Positions 12,491 to 24,954 of a DNA stretch of 64,000 bases are shown here, in pieces; the first letter of the stretch is position 1, and each line of letters starts with the position of its first letter. Source of the DNA: Malacoraja senta (taxonomy: Eukaryota); the NCBI GenBank assembly GCA_038087875.1, contig CM075978.1, forward strand, positions 56,482,001-56,546,000, in the 5' to 3' direction. The notes below the pieces were generated by a model. The model searched no databases. It saw only the letters and a program-made list of their open reading frames with translations, and was not told the origin of the DNA. The translations under genes and the position numbers were made by a program.

Positions 12491-13454
12491 ATGTTACCAC
12501 AAACCCCTTCTCCTCCTTTATCCGCACCTCCCCTTTCTTTTTCTCCCCCCTCCCCACTCTCTCCCCTGTGCCTACATAGAATACCAGGCCTACCAGGAAT
12601 ACTGTGCCTACCAGGAATATTGCAATGTTCACTGTGGTGAAAACTGATGCAAAAAAAAAAAGAGGTAAGAACGTGGGGAGAATAAAAATGAGACTAACAA
12701 TGTTTGCTGCCAAAATCTGACTTTGCACACCTTTCTACTAAACTATTGCGCCCTCGACCATGTAATCCTGCATTTGCTCTTGGCCTCCTGAGACCTCCAA
12801 TCTGAAGTTCTCATGGTTGTCATTTTCATGGCTTCTTTCCTCCAAATGTAATCACCAGCTCTATTGGGAGGCCAAAATTCTCATTTTGTGTAATTCTGGT
12901 CTTCAAACCACTAACACACTTACCTCACTATTCCCTTAGCTACAGAATTGGCAGCAAAACCTTCAAACTTAGCCAAAGCCATAGAAACCATGCTCTAAAA
13001 CTCTGTTCCTGCCCGGTCTTCCTTAAAGCCACGATTTTGGTCACCCTCCCAAGCTCTATTGCATTGGCCAACATCTACTTCTGCCTGATTACACCTCAGT
13101 GATGCACCTCAAAAGTGATTTTCAAAAGTGATGTTACAACACTATTTTAAGCGCTTATGCCGTGCTGTTCAACAGAAGTGGCTGTGTCCACTTCCTTCAG
13201 AGTAGTAGTTATCGTCCCTGCCTTTTTAAAATATATTCAATAGGATATATACAAAATTGAAATGAACAAAAATCTGTACATTCGGTCATTAAAATGACAT
13301 AGCTCTTCAAAAAATGGGATAGTGCCAATCTTTGTCTGACTTTTGTTACATCAGATAGTAAGTGCAAAGGCAAAAAGGAAAAAAAATTGAAACCAAAATG
13401 TTACTTGTGTAATCTTAAAGAGCAAAGCAAGTCCTCTGGAATGGCACATTCTTA

Positions 13455-13824
13455 TGTGCCTGTCCCACTTAGGCAATTTTTTAGGCGACTACAGGCAATT
13501 AGGCTGTCGCCACATGGTAGCCGGGATGTCGCCTGCATGGTCGTGAGTAGTGTCCTCAGTCGCCCAAAGAGTTGTAGCGTCTTTCTGATCGCCGCTAGAT
13601 TTTCGACATGTTGAAAAATTTTCGCCGACCGTGGGTTTGACGCCAATGAGCGTAGTTTGACGTAGGTGCTGTCGTAGGTTGTCGCCAGGTTAACGTAGGT
13701 TGTCGCCAGGATGTCGTAGGTTGTCACCAGGTGATGTAGGTTGTCGCCGGTGCTGACTTCGGTGAATTCCAGTGTTGTATTCGCCGCCAGTCGCCTAAAA
13801 ATTTGCCTAAGTGGGACAGGCCCA
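13455..13824. mobile_element. PIF/Harbinger-type MITE with an internal ~21-bp tandem repeat
   Basis: ~36-bp TIRs tg(t/g)gcctgtcccacttaggcaa..ttttaggcgact; TTA TSD (13452-13454 and 13825-13827); repeats of gtcgtaggttgtcgccagg at ~13670-13750. Confidence 0.85.
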
Positions 13825-14204
13825 TTAGTAACCAAGTGGATAAAATGTGAAGCAAAAAAGAATAGAAATCCACTACAATAAAAAGACCCAAACCTAAAAC
13901 CTACATATGCATGTCTTTGGATAGGGCAGAAAATGAGAGTAAATAGGGAGAAACAGCTTGGGCTGGCAGTGAGACAGCAGAGGACACCGGTATACAATAA
14001 CATGCAAAAGAATTATAGTGACGCAAGTACATCTGACAGAAACTGGAAGAAAACTTTGGAGTCATAGATGAACAGCACGGAAACAAGTAATTCGGCGTAC
14101 TGACCATCAAGCACGACTTGCACAAATACAATTTTATTCTCCTAATTATACCCTGATCAACTCTCTCCTGATTCTGCCCCTCACCTGCACACCTTACAGT
14201 ACCA

Positions 14205-15005
14205 TAGAGTTAGAGTTGAACAGCATGGAAACAGTCCCTTCAACCCCAACTCATCCATGCCAATACAAGATGAAAATAGGCTCATCGGCCCACCAAGTCC
14301 ACGCCAACCATCGATCACATGTTCACACTAGTTCTAGGTTATCCTACTTTCTCATCCACAAATTGGGGACAATTTTACAGACGCCAATTAACCTCCAAAC
14401 CTGCATGTCTTTGGGATTGGGAGGAAAGCAGAACACCTGGAAGAAACCCATAAAGTCACAGGGAGAATGTGCATGCTGTACACAGACAGGACAGGACTGA
14501 CCCTAGGTTTCTTGCACTGAGGCAATAGCTCTATCACTGTGCCACTGTTGCACAACCGAGCGAGGCCTACCTGCCTGTGCCTGGCCTTTATCCCTCCAAA
14601 CCTTTCCTATTAGTGTAGCTGTCCAAGTGTCTTTTAAGTAACATAATTGTACCGGCCTTTGCCATTTCGCCTGACAGCTCATTCCTTGTACGCGCCACTG
14701 TGTGTGGAAAATGTTGGCCCTTAGATCCTTTTAAATCTTTGCCTCTCACCTTAAAACAAAGCCCCCTTTTATTTTTTGATCTCCCATCCCTAAGGAAAAG
14801 ATTGTAGCTACTCATCTTATCTATGCCTCTCTTGGTTTTATAATAAATCTCTATAAAGGTCTCCCTCAGACTCCTTCGCTCCAGGGAAAAAAGACCCAGT
14901 CTATCCAGTCCATCCTTAAAATTCAAACACGCCAGATCTAGGAATATTCTCATAAATCTTTTTACACATCTTTTCCAGTTTAACGACATCCTTCCTATAG
15001 CAGGG
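14205..15005 (-). mobile_element. Degenerate SINE (~14270-14550) and CR1 3' fragment (~14565-15005)
   Basis: SINE core ccaattaacctccaaacctgcatgtctttggga; CR1 peptide DRLGLFSLERRSLRETFIEIY. Confidence 0.7.
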
Positions 15006-15092
15006 CTAATGGCCCTTACTGATGTCTTTCACAGCTATAAGGTAACGTTGTAACCGCTGTACTGACCGATGAAGGCATGTGTGCAAGTGTCC

Positions 15093-15901
15093 AATAAGCG
15101 AGTTCGGTATTCCGACTGCGCATGCCCAGGTCAAAAGTCACAAGCGAAAAACACCCTTGGCAGCCGTGCCACGGCATGGACATAGACCTGCGCCTCATCT
15201 GCAGCCAGGATCGATCCCAGGTCTCTGGCGTCGCAATCACTGCTGAACCGCCACTGGACCATCCCCGTCTCCTCCTGAGTGCCCTCCCCCCCCCCGTCCG
15301 GGGCGGCCAGAGACGTTGGGAGTCAGACGGGAGCGGTGCCCCCAGGTCCAGAGCCAGCGCGGAGAAGCTGCGCTAAATCCAGCTCAACTCTGCCTTTTAA
15401 CCTATCAGCCCTGCCTGGACTTACGGGAACGACGGCCCAGGCCCACAGCCAGCGCGGAGAAGCAGCGTTAACTCCACGCTCCGGGCTGGTGTCTCGTCAT
15501 TCCAGGCAGGGCCGTAGGTTAACCCGACGAGACAGACAGAGTTGAGCTGAATTTAGTGCTGCTTCTCCGCGCTGGCTGTGGGCCTGGACCGTCGTTCCCG
15601 TCAGTCCAGGCAGGGTTGTCGGTTGACCCGGTGAGACAGGCAGAGTTGAGCTAGATTTAGCCCTGTTTCGCCGCGCTGGCTGTGGGCGCCGCTCCCGTCT
15701 GACTCCCGACGTCTCTGGCCGCCCCGGGGCACGGGGGGGGGCACTCGGGAGGGGACGGGGATGTTCCAGTGGCGGTTCGGAAGCAACCCGGGTTCGGTCC
15801 TGGCTGCAGATGAGGCACGGCTGTCAAGAGTTTTTATCGCTTGTGACCTTTGACAAATCCCGTGATTCCTTGCGTTTTTCGGAATACCGAACTTGTTTAT
15901 T
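15093..15901. mobile_element. Unclassified GC-rich foldback (long-TIR) element
   Basis: The ends aataagcgagttcggtattccg and cggaataccgaacttgtttatt are inverted; complementarity continues with indels through most of the element; internal ~120-bp subrepeats. Confidence 0.75.
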
Positions 15902-17184
15902 AATATGGCAACTCTTTGGAGTACGGGAGGAAAACAGAACATCTGATTTATATGGAAACAAATAAATTGTAGGGCAATGGGAGTGGAACGAGAGAAGTAG
16001 CTCTTTCAAAAAATTGGTTCAGGCACAGTGGGTCAAGTGGGCCTCTTCTGAGCTTTTCTATGGTTTGGAGGAGGAAAAAAAAGGCACCTCTAGGGACAAA
16101 TAAACTAAAATAGAACAAACCTGCTGAGAGCAAGTTTAGAGAAAGGTTATATGGAGCAAGATTTTAAGGACAAAGAGAGACTGAAAAAAGAGAGGAACTA
16201 AAGATTTTAAATATACTTATTCCAACTTTGATCCGCACAAAGTTGAAGGAAGATACACAATAATTTGAGATGTGAGGATATGAAGTGCCTTCAATCAATC
16301 AAAAACTATCCGATACATTTTACTGGATCAGATGCTTTGGAGAAAATCTACAACATGGGATGGACTCACTAGAAAGGAACTTTCCTTCCAATTAAATTTT
16401 GACAAAATCAAAGTAATAGCTGTAAATTCATCCATGGCTAAATAAAATTGCAAAGTTCAAAACTCAGTTCTTGAAGGGCTGTACATTTAGGTTAGAATGT
16501 GTTCAGAGTAGGTCTGGTACCTAAAAAAGGGGGATTCCCAGCTGGCTCCACAAGGAATGTCAACCCAGAGGCCCTCCTCAACTACATGGTCCCAATGCTG
16601 AAGAGCTGCCCCAGAACCTCAATGTGGGTTATGTCCATCGTGAGACACAACGGACAGGGTCATCACTGTGCATCAACCCCAGTCAATCAAGAGAGCAGCA
16701 GCAATCACTCAGTGTGACTTCATATTCATCTCGATTACTTGAAAGGTACAGTGGAAAATCCTTCTCAAATTTGCTTGCTGTCAAAAAATGTGTTTGCATC
16801 TATTGTCAGCGACATGGCAGCATGGAAATCATGCTCTTGGCCAAATGTCAATGAAGCCCAGTGTCAAGCAAGGCTGCAATATCACCACGACACGTTACTC
16901 AGTCTTTCTAACAATGTTACTCATATCAGCGAATCAGTCACCCCAAATCCAGTCATCGAGCAGTTATACTCAGATGACTCTTGTAAATTCACATAAATGG
17001 AGGCCAAGCTCAAATTACAGTCAACTCATTCACTTAAGTATATAAACTTACATTTGATAGCCAAAAAACAAAGATCCTCGCTAATCTGCCCTTACTGTAG
17101 ATCGCCAACCCCCATGACTATACTGTGGAAGATGCAGACTACTTTCTCGACTGCAGCAACCACCTCTCAGTGAAGGTAGACATC

Positions 17185-18215
17185 AGTGATGAAATTCAAC
17201 ACCTTCACAGCACCTAGCAAAGCCTCCAACTATCCAGGGAATAGGTTCAGCATGTCACCGGATACTCCAACAAACTCCTCCAGATGCACTGTAGAAAGTA
17301 TCCCGACTAGTTGCACCATGGTCTGCCACGGCAATTCGAAGGCACAGAAATATAAGGGATATATAATATAAAGAGTATTAGACTCAGCCCAGTCCATCAT
17401 GGTCACTGCCCAACCCAGCAATGAATGCATCTACGAGGCATTACCTCAGGATGACAGCGCCTATCATCAAGGATCCCCGCCATCCAGACAATACAGATCT
17501 GCCCACGACAGTTCAATCTTGTTGCCATCATCGGGCAAGAGGCTTAGAAGCTTGAAGCCTCCCACTACCAGGTTAAAGAACAGCTACTTTCCTACAACCA
17601 TCAGGTTCTTGAACTGACCAACAAAATCCTAATCCGACCTTGACAATGGAACACTGTAGACTATGTTTTGCATTACCATGGACTTTTTTTCTAATTGTGT
17701 TTTGTACTAATGCCTTGTATTTTGCACTTACGTTTAAGTTAGGTTTAGGTGTACTATTGTCACGTGTACACTGTGAAGCTTTCTTTTGCATGCTTTCCAA
17801 ACAGAACTGATACTATACATAAATAAATACAAGACAAACTCAAGTACAATAGATAAAACAAAGGTGGAGATATAGAATACAGAATATAGTTCTCAGCATT
17901 GTAGTGCATCAGTTCCATAGCCAATATCTAATGTTCAGAATGGAGTAGAGGTGAATCAGACAGTATCCTACAGATCTGCCCACGACAGTTCATTCGTAAT
18001 ATTACACCAAGGAACTTGAAGCGCGCAACCATTTTCACTTTGGCACCATTGATGCTGATTTGGGTAAGCACCCACCATGCTTGCGTTAGTTGGTCTTGTA
18101 GAACTTGTGCACAATGCAAGCACCATTTTTATTGTTAATGTGTTGTTAGAGTCTATGTGCCTGTGATGCTGCTACAAGCAGAATTTTCATTGCACTTGTA
18201 CCTCACTGTATATGT
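17185..18215. mobile_element. Cluster of degenerate Rex1/Babar LINE fragments on both strands
   Basis: SRCTVESI...; LPSSGKRLRSLK...KNSYFPTTIRFLN (+); INGAKVKMVARFKFLGV (-). Confidence 0.7.
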
Positions 18216-18387
18216 GCATACCATAAAAATTGTTGGGGACAGTCCTCTGTCATGAAGTAATCCTTAATAATGTTTTACAACTTTGGTAGGGATTCCACTT
18301 GCCAAAGGAGCATTGGTGTTTGTCATTGCTGAATAGCCTTTTCAACATTTTGCCAGGTTGGGATAACACCAAGATTGTTGCACATTG

Positions 18388-18600
18388 AAAGAACTGCAGA
18401 TGCTGGTTTACACTGAAGATAGGCACAAAATGCTGGAGTAACTCAGCGGGACAGGCAGCATCTCAGGATAGAAGGAATGGGTGATATTTCAGGTCGAGAC
18501 GCTTCTTTAGACTGTCAGGGATAGAGATATGGAAGGGTAAGGTGTGAAAACGAGACATCAAGGGAGATGAAGTTCAAGGAAAATGTAGAATAGGCACATT
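18388..18600 (-). mobile_element. Penelope terminus (pLTR) copy, degenerate hammerhead core
   Basis: gaactgcagatgctgg...aatgctggagtaactcagcggg...tttcaggtcgagacgcttctttagact. Confidence 0.7.
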
Positions 18601-18702
18601 GTTATTGGATGGAGTCAAGAACAGTCTCAACAAATACTCGTGCCTCATCCACCAGACTCTGACTGCCTCTGGCTTTAATAAACTCCTCCTTTTTAAACTT
18701 TC

Positions 18703-18880
18703 TGGCAGCATGATGGCACAGGTAGTTGTGTTACTATCTCACGGCCCCCGTGACCTAGGTTCAATACCGACCTTTGATACTGTCCATACAGTTTGCACAT
18801 TCTCCCTCCTTTGTTTTCCTCTGGGTGCTCCAGTTCCTCCCAAATCCCAAAGACAGCAAGTTGGTAGGTTAATTTGCTGC
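18703..18880 (+). mobile_element. Degenerate HE1-like SINE
   Basis: ggcagcatgatggcacaggtag...ggttcaataccgacc...tttgcacattctcc. Confidence 0.65.
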
Positions 18881-19289
18881 TGTATGAGAGTCGAAATGTA
18901 ATAGAATCTGGAGATAGTGGATTGGAAATTTGGGGTACTTAATAGATTGAGTGCGCTGTAGGGCCTATTTCTATCACTGTGACTGTCACTGTGGACCAAA
19001 CCCAGAGGTATTTAGGCCAGAGATGGCCTTTGAGATTCACCACCTGCTTATTGCAGGATTTCTTGAGATCTTTTCACCCACCATTTATCCTTAAGATGAG
19101 CATTTTGATGGACCTCCCCGTTCAGATGTTTGTGAATCGGATTCCAATGTGGCTCAATGGTCCAACCCCTACCCCCCTCCTAATCCCATTTTCCTGCCTT
19201 CTCTCCATAACCCTTAGCACCCGTTCTAATCAAGAATTTGTCTATCTCTGCCTTAAAAATATCCACTGTTGGCAGAGAACCCAGACACC

Positions 19290-20450
19290 TCACTTTGATA
19301 GATAGAGGGCGTCAGGGCAGTTGGAATATTGTGAATACTCTGCAGTTCCTGTGAGCACCCAATATAGAGTTGTCCATGGGGGCACTAACTTCTTCGTGGG
19401 GACTTCAATTCTCCTGCAGCTTCATCCCTGTGCCAAAATTGTTTGGAACAAGGTCAATGGAGATGAGACGTAATGAGCTAGAGTAACTCAGTGGGTCAGG
19501 CTGCATCTCTGAAGAACATGGATAGGTGATGTTTCGGGTCAGGAGCCTTCTTCGGATGTCTGCAGTTCCATGCGTCTCTCACTGGAGATGAGAGTGGATT
19601 GGGTGGTCAGTACATGGCGATCATGACATCCCTCCAGTCCCTCATTTGGACAATGATGTCCACTAGCAGGTGTTCAGATTGAGGATTTATATTTACTTTT
19701 CTGATGAAACTGGATGCTGCTTATAACAATGCCATGTTCCAAATATTTTGAGAGGAAGAGAAGTCCACTGGAATTCACTTTACCAACTTCTTTACCTCAC
19801 ACCTCTCCAGGAAGGTTGTATCTTTTCCAACTCTGGCACTAAATTGACCGAAGAAACTTTTTAGCTTCCTGCTGAGAATGTTCAAGGTCAGAGAAGAATT
19901 CCTCTCCAACTTCATCCCGTAACTCCAGGGAGTGTTTAGCCTGATGACTACAAAATACTTGTTGCACTCAAGAGTGGGCCCGAAGGGTTACAAATTCCCA
20001 ATCACAAATTCCAGGTGGTAAGCAGGAGTGAGGGAGTTGATATTGGCAGTAAAGCAGCAGACCAGCTCGCTCATAAAGCCGACCCTCCCATGAATGCTGC
20101 ATTCCTCTTCCCATCTGCTTCCAAAATGGACTCCACTTGCCCTGCAATGCTTGCTCCTGGAGTTGGCCATCTCCTATCCATCATGTGGCAATGTTTAGGT
20201 TCTTTTGCAGTTGGGGCTGCCCACAAAGGTCCCAATGTTCCGTTCCTCAGTTCATTGTAAGGAACAAGTGTTGCCATGTAATTTCCTTTAATATGTGGTA
20301 CCATCACACACCCACTACCACCCTGTCTTTGCAGAGCAAGGCTATGGTCAAAGGCAAGGTGATCCAAGACAATTAGAGACCAGGATCTACCATGTAAATT
20401 TACAACAGATACACAGTCAAACACACACAAGTCCTCCCACAGAATGGAAA
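19290..20450 (-). mobile_element. Possible highly decayed LTR-retrotransposon (Gypsy-like) pol remnant, containing a small pLTR insertion at ~19480-19575
   Basis: Only short motif-like peptides on the minus strand (NCPDAL; KYLEHGIVISSI; YNELRNG); no open frame. Confidence 0.25.
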
Positions 20451-21619
20451 CCCATCCATCATCTTCTGTCTTAGAAATCAGTGTTCTACCAATTCAATCA
20501 CCAGAGACAATAATGAACAGTATTAACTCTCACACCCAGCAGATCCTTATTTTTGCTTCAAGGAATGGTAGGTGGGAAGGCAGTAAGAGCCATTCAATGA
20601 ATCTTCCTTTGGCACCACGCACCTCCAGCCACATTCTCCGTCAGTGAAGAGAAACATCGGCAGGCAGGCATTCATACTGAAAGTTATACAGATCAAAGTT
20701 TATCATTTGCTTTTTATGCCTCATACTAAAGGTAAACACTCCAGACATTACAGTAGAATTGTAACAATACCAATACAGCTCTAGATCCCGGGTGCTCTGG
20801 AAACCAGCTTGTTTATACACAGGGCAGGATCCTCAGCACACCAAGCATCCTTGAAACAGCTTTGCATTTACAATCATTTTGCACCTGCCCAAGGCGTGAC
20901 CTGAGAAAAAGCCAAAAACGACTTCACTTGCTAAAAGACAGAAGACTCACTGCAAACCTAATTTTGGTTAAATTGCCAGGAGGACAAAGAAGTTCCCTGT
21001 GGCACACACAGAAGTAAAATACAAAGAGTCAACCAAGGCAATAATGACACTTCTTTAATGTTACCACATTAACAACTGTGAACTCTAATCATACATTTAA
21101 CATAGTAAAATGCCCAAGGGACTTTAGAAATATTGATATCAAGCCAAAAGGAAAAGCTTGTTGGACAGGTGACCAAAAACTGCATAAATCCTATAGGGGA
21201 AGATGAGGGAAGCAGAGAGGTTTATGGAACTTACTGAATTTAGTCCAGGACAGCTGAAGGAACAGCTGTCAAGGGTGGCCAAACAGTAGAGAATATATAC
21301 GAGCAACACTGATTTTTCAGATGTTTATGGGACTTGAGTAGAAGAGCTATTTGGAAACAACACATTTGAAACGAAGACACTGGAGGGTCAGGAGCCAAGT
21401 GCGGTTACTGAGCACAGGGGTGATCTGCAAATGGACTCCACAAGCTTTGCATTCACTCGAGATCCAGGCTGACAAAGCCGATGAGAGCATGGACTCTGTT
21501 TTCTACAACTATCTGAGAGTTCAGAGTAGCCGAAGATTAGTGTGAGAGGTGAATTTCATTTAAATTAACATATACATTTAATCACTTCAGAAAATTATTG
21601 CCCCCTCGAATTTGCAGTG

Positions 21620-21880
21620 ACACTGGTAGTAGGGCAGCTGCCTCACGGCGCCAGAGACCTAGGTTCAATTAGATCTCGGGGGCTGTCTTTTTGGAGTTTG
21701 CATGTTTTTCTTGACCTCGTGGGTTTCCCCCATTTCTCCCTGTCCCAAATATGTATGCGTCGGTATGTTAATTAATTGCTGTAAATTTCCCCTCATGGAA
21801 AGTGGTAGAATCCAGGGCGAGTTGATGGGATGTGGGGTAGGGTTAGTGTAAATGGGTGGCTGATGAGTTTATTTCCTTGC
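21620..21880 (+). mobile_element. HE1-like SINE, diverged
   Basis: gctgcctcacggcgccagagacctaggttcaat...ggagtttgcatgt. Confidence 0.75.
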
Positions 21881-22111
21881 CGTATACACACGCATAAATT
21901 CTCAACTAGATTTCAGTAATTCTCCAACAGATGTACATTACAGAGAACAAACACGAGTACAACAAGAAATTAATCACTTAAAGCACAGTGAAAGGTGATG
22001 TGATCATTCATGTTTAGTCGCACCTACTCGGCAATATAATGAGGGATTTAATGCATTCTTAAACAGTACCTAGGCAAGAATCACACTCATAAACACAGCG
22101 TTACAAAAGTG

Positions 22112-22425
22112 GGCACGGTGGCACAGCGGTAGACTTGCTGCCTTACAGCGAATGCAGCGCCAGAAACCCGGGTTCAATCCCGACTACGGGTGCTGTCTGT
22201 ACGGAGTTTGTACGTTCTCCCCGTGACCTGCCTGGGTTTTCTCCGAGACCTTCGATTTCCTCCCACACTCCAAAGACGTACAGGTTTGTAGGTTAATTGG
22301 CTTGGTAAATGTAAATGTAAAAATTATCCCTCAGGGGTGTAGGATAGTGTTAATGTGCGGGGATCGATTGTCGGCACGGACCTGGTGGGCTGAAGGGCCT
22401 GTTTCCGCACTGTATCTCTAAACTA
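22112..22425 (+). mobile_element. HE1-like SINE, full length
   Basis: gggcacggtggcacagcggtag...ccgggttcaatcccgactacgggtgctgtctgtacggagtttgtacgttctcccc...tgtatctctaaact. Confidence 0.92.
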
Positions 22426-22894
22426 AAAAAAACCTAATAAACTAAACTGAGACAAAGGTGGGAGGTTGGGAGTAGGTTGTTGGTGGTGCAGGGGGGACAT
22501 TGTGGTGGGCAAGATGTTTTCAAGAAATTGGGTCAAAGCAGAAATGTTAACATAACTTGCATTTATCATTCTACATTTATCATGCTCCATTATACAGCAT
22601 CCATATAGCACCAATATCATAGAACATCACAAAGTGGTTCTCATGATGCTCACTACTCTATAACGAAGGAGGCATTATCACAACAGCTATAAAAAGCATC
22701 CTAGATTGGGACACAGTATGGGCATGTTTGGCTGATGGATTTGCTCCCATGATGAATAACGCTGACTCTGGAACACCAAAGATGTAGAATAATTTGTTTT
22801 GCATTCAGTTTAATTAAAAAAATGTAAATCCTGCACTCTTCACAATTAGAGCATTTAAAATGCCACCTTTAAAATACAGATTTTCAGGTAAGAG

Positions 22895-23497
22895 TACATA
22901 TCTCTTGCATATATTCTCTTGCGTAAGTTTGGTGCGTGTACAGATGTGGTGAAGATGTCGCTGTTTAGAGCATATTGCACACCACTCTATACTGCGCACC
23001 TGTGGTCGAACTATGGAAAGACAAGTTTGCAGAGACTAAAGGTGTCCTATAATGATGCCATGAGAACACTGCTAAGGAAACCTAGATGGTGTAGTGCTAG
23101 TAACATGTTTGTGGCTGCAGGAGTCAGTACTTTAGAAGCTATCCTAGGAAATCATATGTATAAATTTATTTGCAGGATAAATTATTCTAAAAATGTAATT
23201 ATTGTGGCCTTGTCAAACATAAGCTTTAGCACCTCACGCTACAAATCCCAGTTGTGGAGACACTGGTATCGTTGTCTCGTTGTAGGACATTGATCATTCT
23301 TTTTTATTCTGGATTTTAATTCATGTATTGTTTTTTGTATTTTTTAAAAATATATATTTTATGATGCTCTTATGTGATATACTCAGATTTTATATGTATT
23401 TTATGATGTTTTTATATGCAATGTATTTTTATGTAAAGTTGTCCCTTGTCTGGACCTTGAGTCCGAAATATAGTTTATCATTATTATTATTTATTAT
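22895..23497 (+). mobile_element. Non-LTR retrotransposon 3' fragment (clade not assigned)
   Basis: ORF 22919-23293 RKFGACTDVVKMSLFRAYCTPLYTAHLW... resembles a LINE ORF2 C-terminus; AT-rich 3' UTR ending in (att)n. Confidence 0.7.
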
Positions 23498-24746
23498 ATC
23501 CACCTATCTGCAGTGAATCTCAACTGTAATATCCACAGACCTACTGTTCAATCCCTGAACTGAATAGAGACAGACTAGAATTTTACACCACAGAAATCAG
23601 AGCACAAATCATAAATACTACAGAATGCAGCTGAAACATATCTTAACAGAACTCACATTATTGCAACAATACCATATTATCAACAATGAGACATAATTTA
23701 ACAAAGTTTTCATTTAAGCAAATTTAAACCATAATTACAAAATTCTTAACAATAATTTCTTTGTCTGAGACTGACCAAAGCCTGAGGATAAGTGTGTAAA
23801 ATGCTTGCTGACATCAGAAATATTTCCTCCAGGGATATTCTTTGCGATGCAATGTGAAAAACTGGCCAATGTTTAGCCAACAGACAAGTTATGGTTTAAA
23901 TCAGCCCCTGAAGAAATCCATTTTCTCTCTGTGGATTGGACAGATAGTTTTAAGATTCAAATCAGCCCTAAACATTGCCCTGCTTATTTTTAAACGGAAA
24001 ACTGTTAAATTACATCTCTGCTCTATTAAGCACATCACAAGATAATAACCAGTGCAGATGTAGAATGATTTAAAAGCACAACATCGATATAATTTGTTTA
24101 TGCGTAATAAACGAGCATTGGAAAAGCAACAATGCTGCAGTTAACATGAAATGGCTGTCTCCAATTACGTACACTTGGAATTATGTTTTATGCACTCCAT
24201 TATAACAGCGGCCAACTCCCATGAGCTAACTGCTGCAATAATACAGAGCGGATATTAACAACTTTGCATATACACTTTCAGCAAAAAGTCAGCAATTGCA
24301 AACTATTTCTAATGTCCTGACCTACCATGCAACAGAGCTACACACTGAAGGGGTAGCTTCTAAGATGAACCTGAACAAGTCCGGGCATTGCTAATGTCCC
24401 AAGACGTTTTGTTTTATCTGATGTATAGCAGATAAAACAAAATGATTAAATTAATCATTGCAGAGAGACAAGGCGGATTGCAAGCAAGGCATGGGGTGAA
24501 TTCTGCACCAGTCAGAAAAGAAGACAAGTCAATTGCTGCAATCAGTCACCACCATTCACCGTGTGCAACCTATCGGAACATTTCCAAGACCAAGGTCATA
24601 CTCCTACAGTTGTTACCTCAGTAGCACTATCACAGATACCACTCATTCCCCATCAGCAAACCACACTTATGGTCTAATTTCATTTTGATGGGTGTTAACT
24701 GCATCACAAACTCACCACCAGCCCCATATCATTATCAATATGAGAA

Positions 24747-24951
24747 CAGGGAGGGAAGAGACGGAGACTAAGACTTTGCCTCCATCACAGTGAGGATGTG
24801 CTTGGTGAACTCACTGTGGTGGATGTTTAATTTGTGTTTATTGTATGTTTTGTTATTATTGGTTCTGTGTATGACTGCAGGCATCACAATTTCGTTCAGA
24901 CCGAAAGGTCAGAATGACAATAAAGGAAATCTTGAAATCTTGAATCTTGAA
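24747..24951 (+). mobile_element. 3' end of a non-autonomous retroelement with a Rex-type tail
   Basis: ctgtggtggatgtt...aatttcgttcagacc-gaaa-ggtcagaatgacaataaa...(tcttgaa)n; shares sequence with the 3' end of 55501-56412. Confidence 0.6.
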
Positions 24952-24954
24952 TAA

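Noticed and set aside
13670-13750. Short direct repeats superficially like a CRISPR array
   Set aside because: No unique spacers, eukaryotic context, and no cas genes
13452-14003. 183-aa minus-strand ORF with LATTYD repeats
   Set aside because: Translation of the MITE's 21-bp tandem repeat; not a transposase
16700-17010. Faint gag-like peptide on the minus strand (FGVTDSLI...NIVRK)
   Set aside because: Too short and broken to support without a profile search
22112-22190. tRNA-like sequence with A and B boxes
   Set aside because: Head of an HE1-like SINE; it runs directly into the SINE core and is not a tRNA gene
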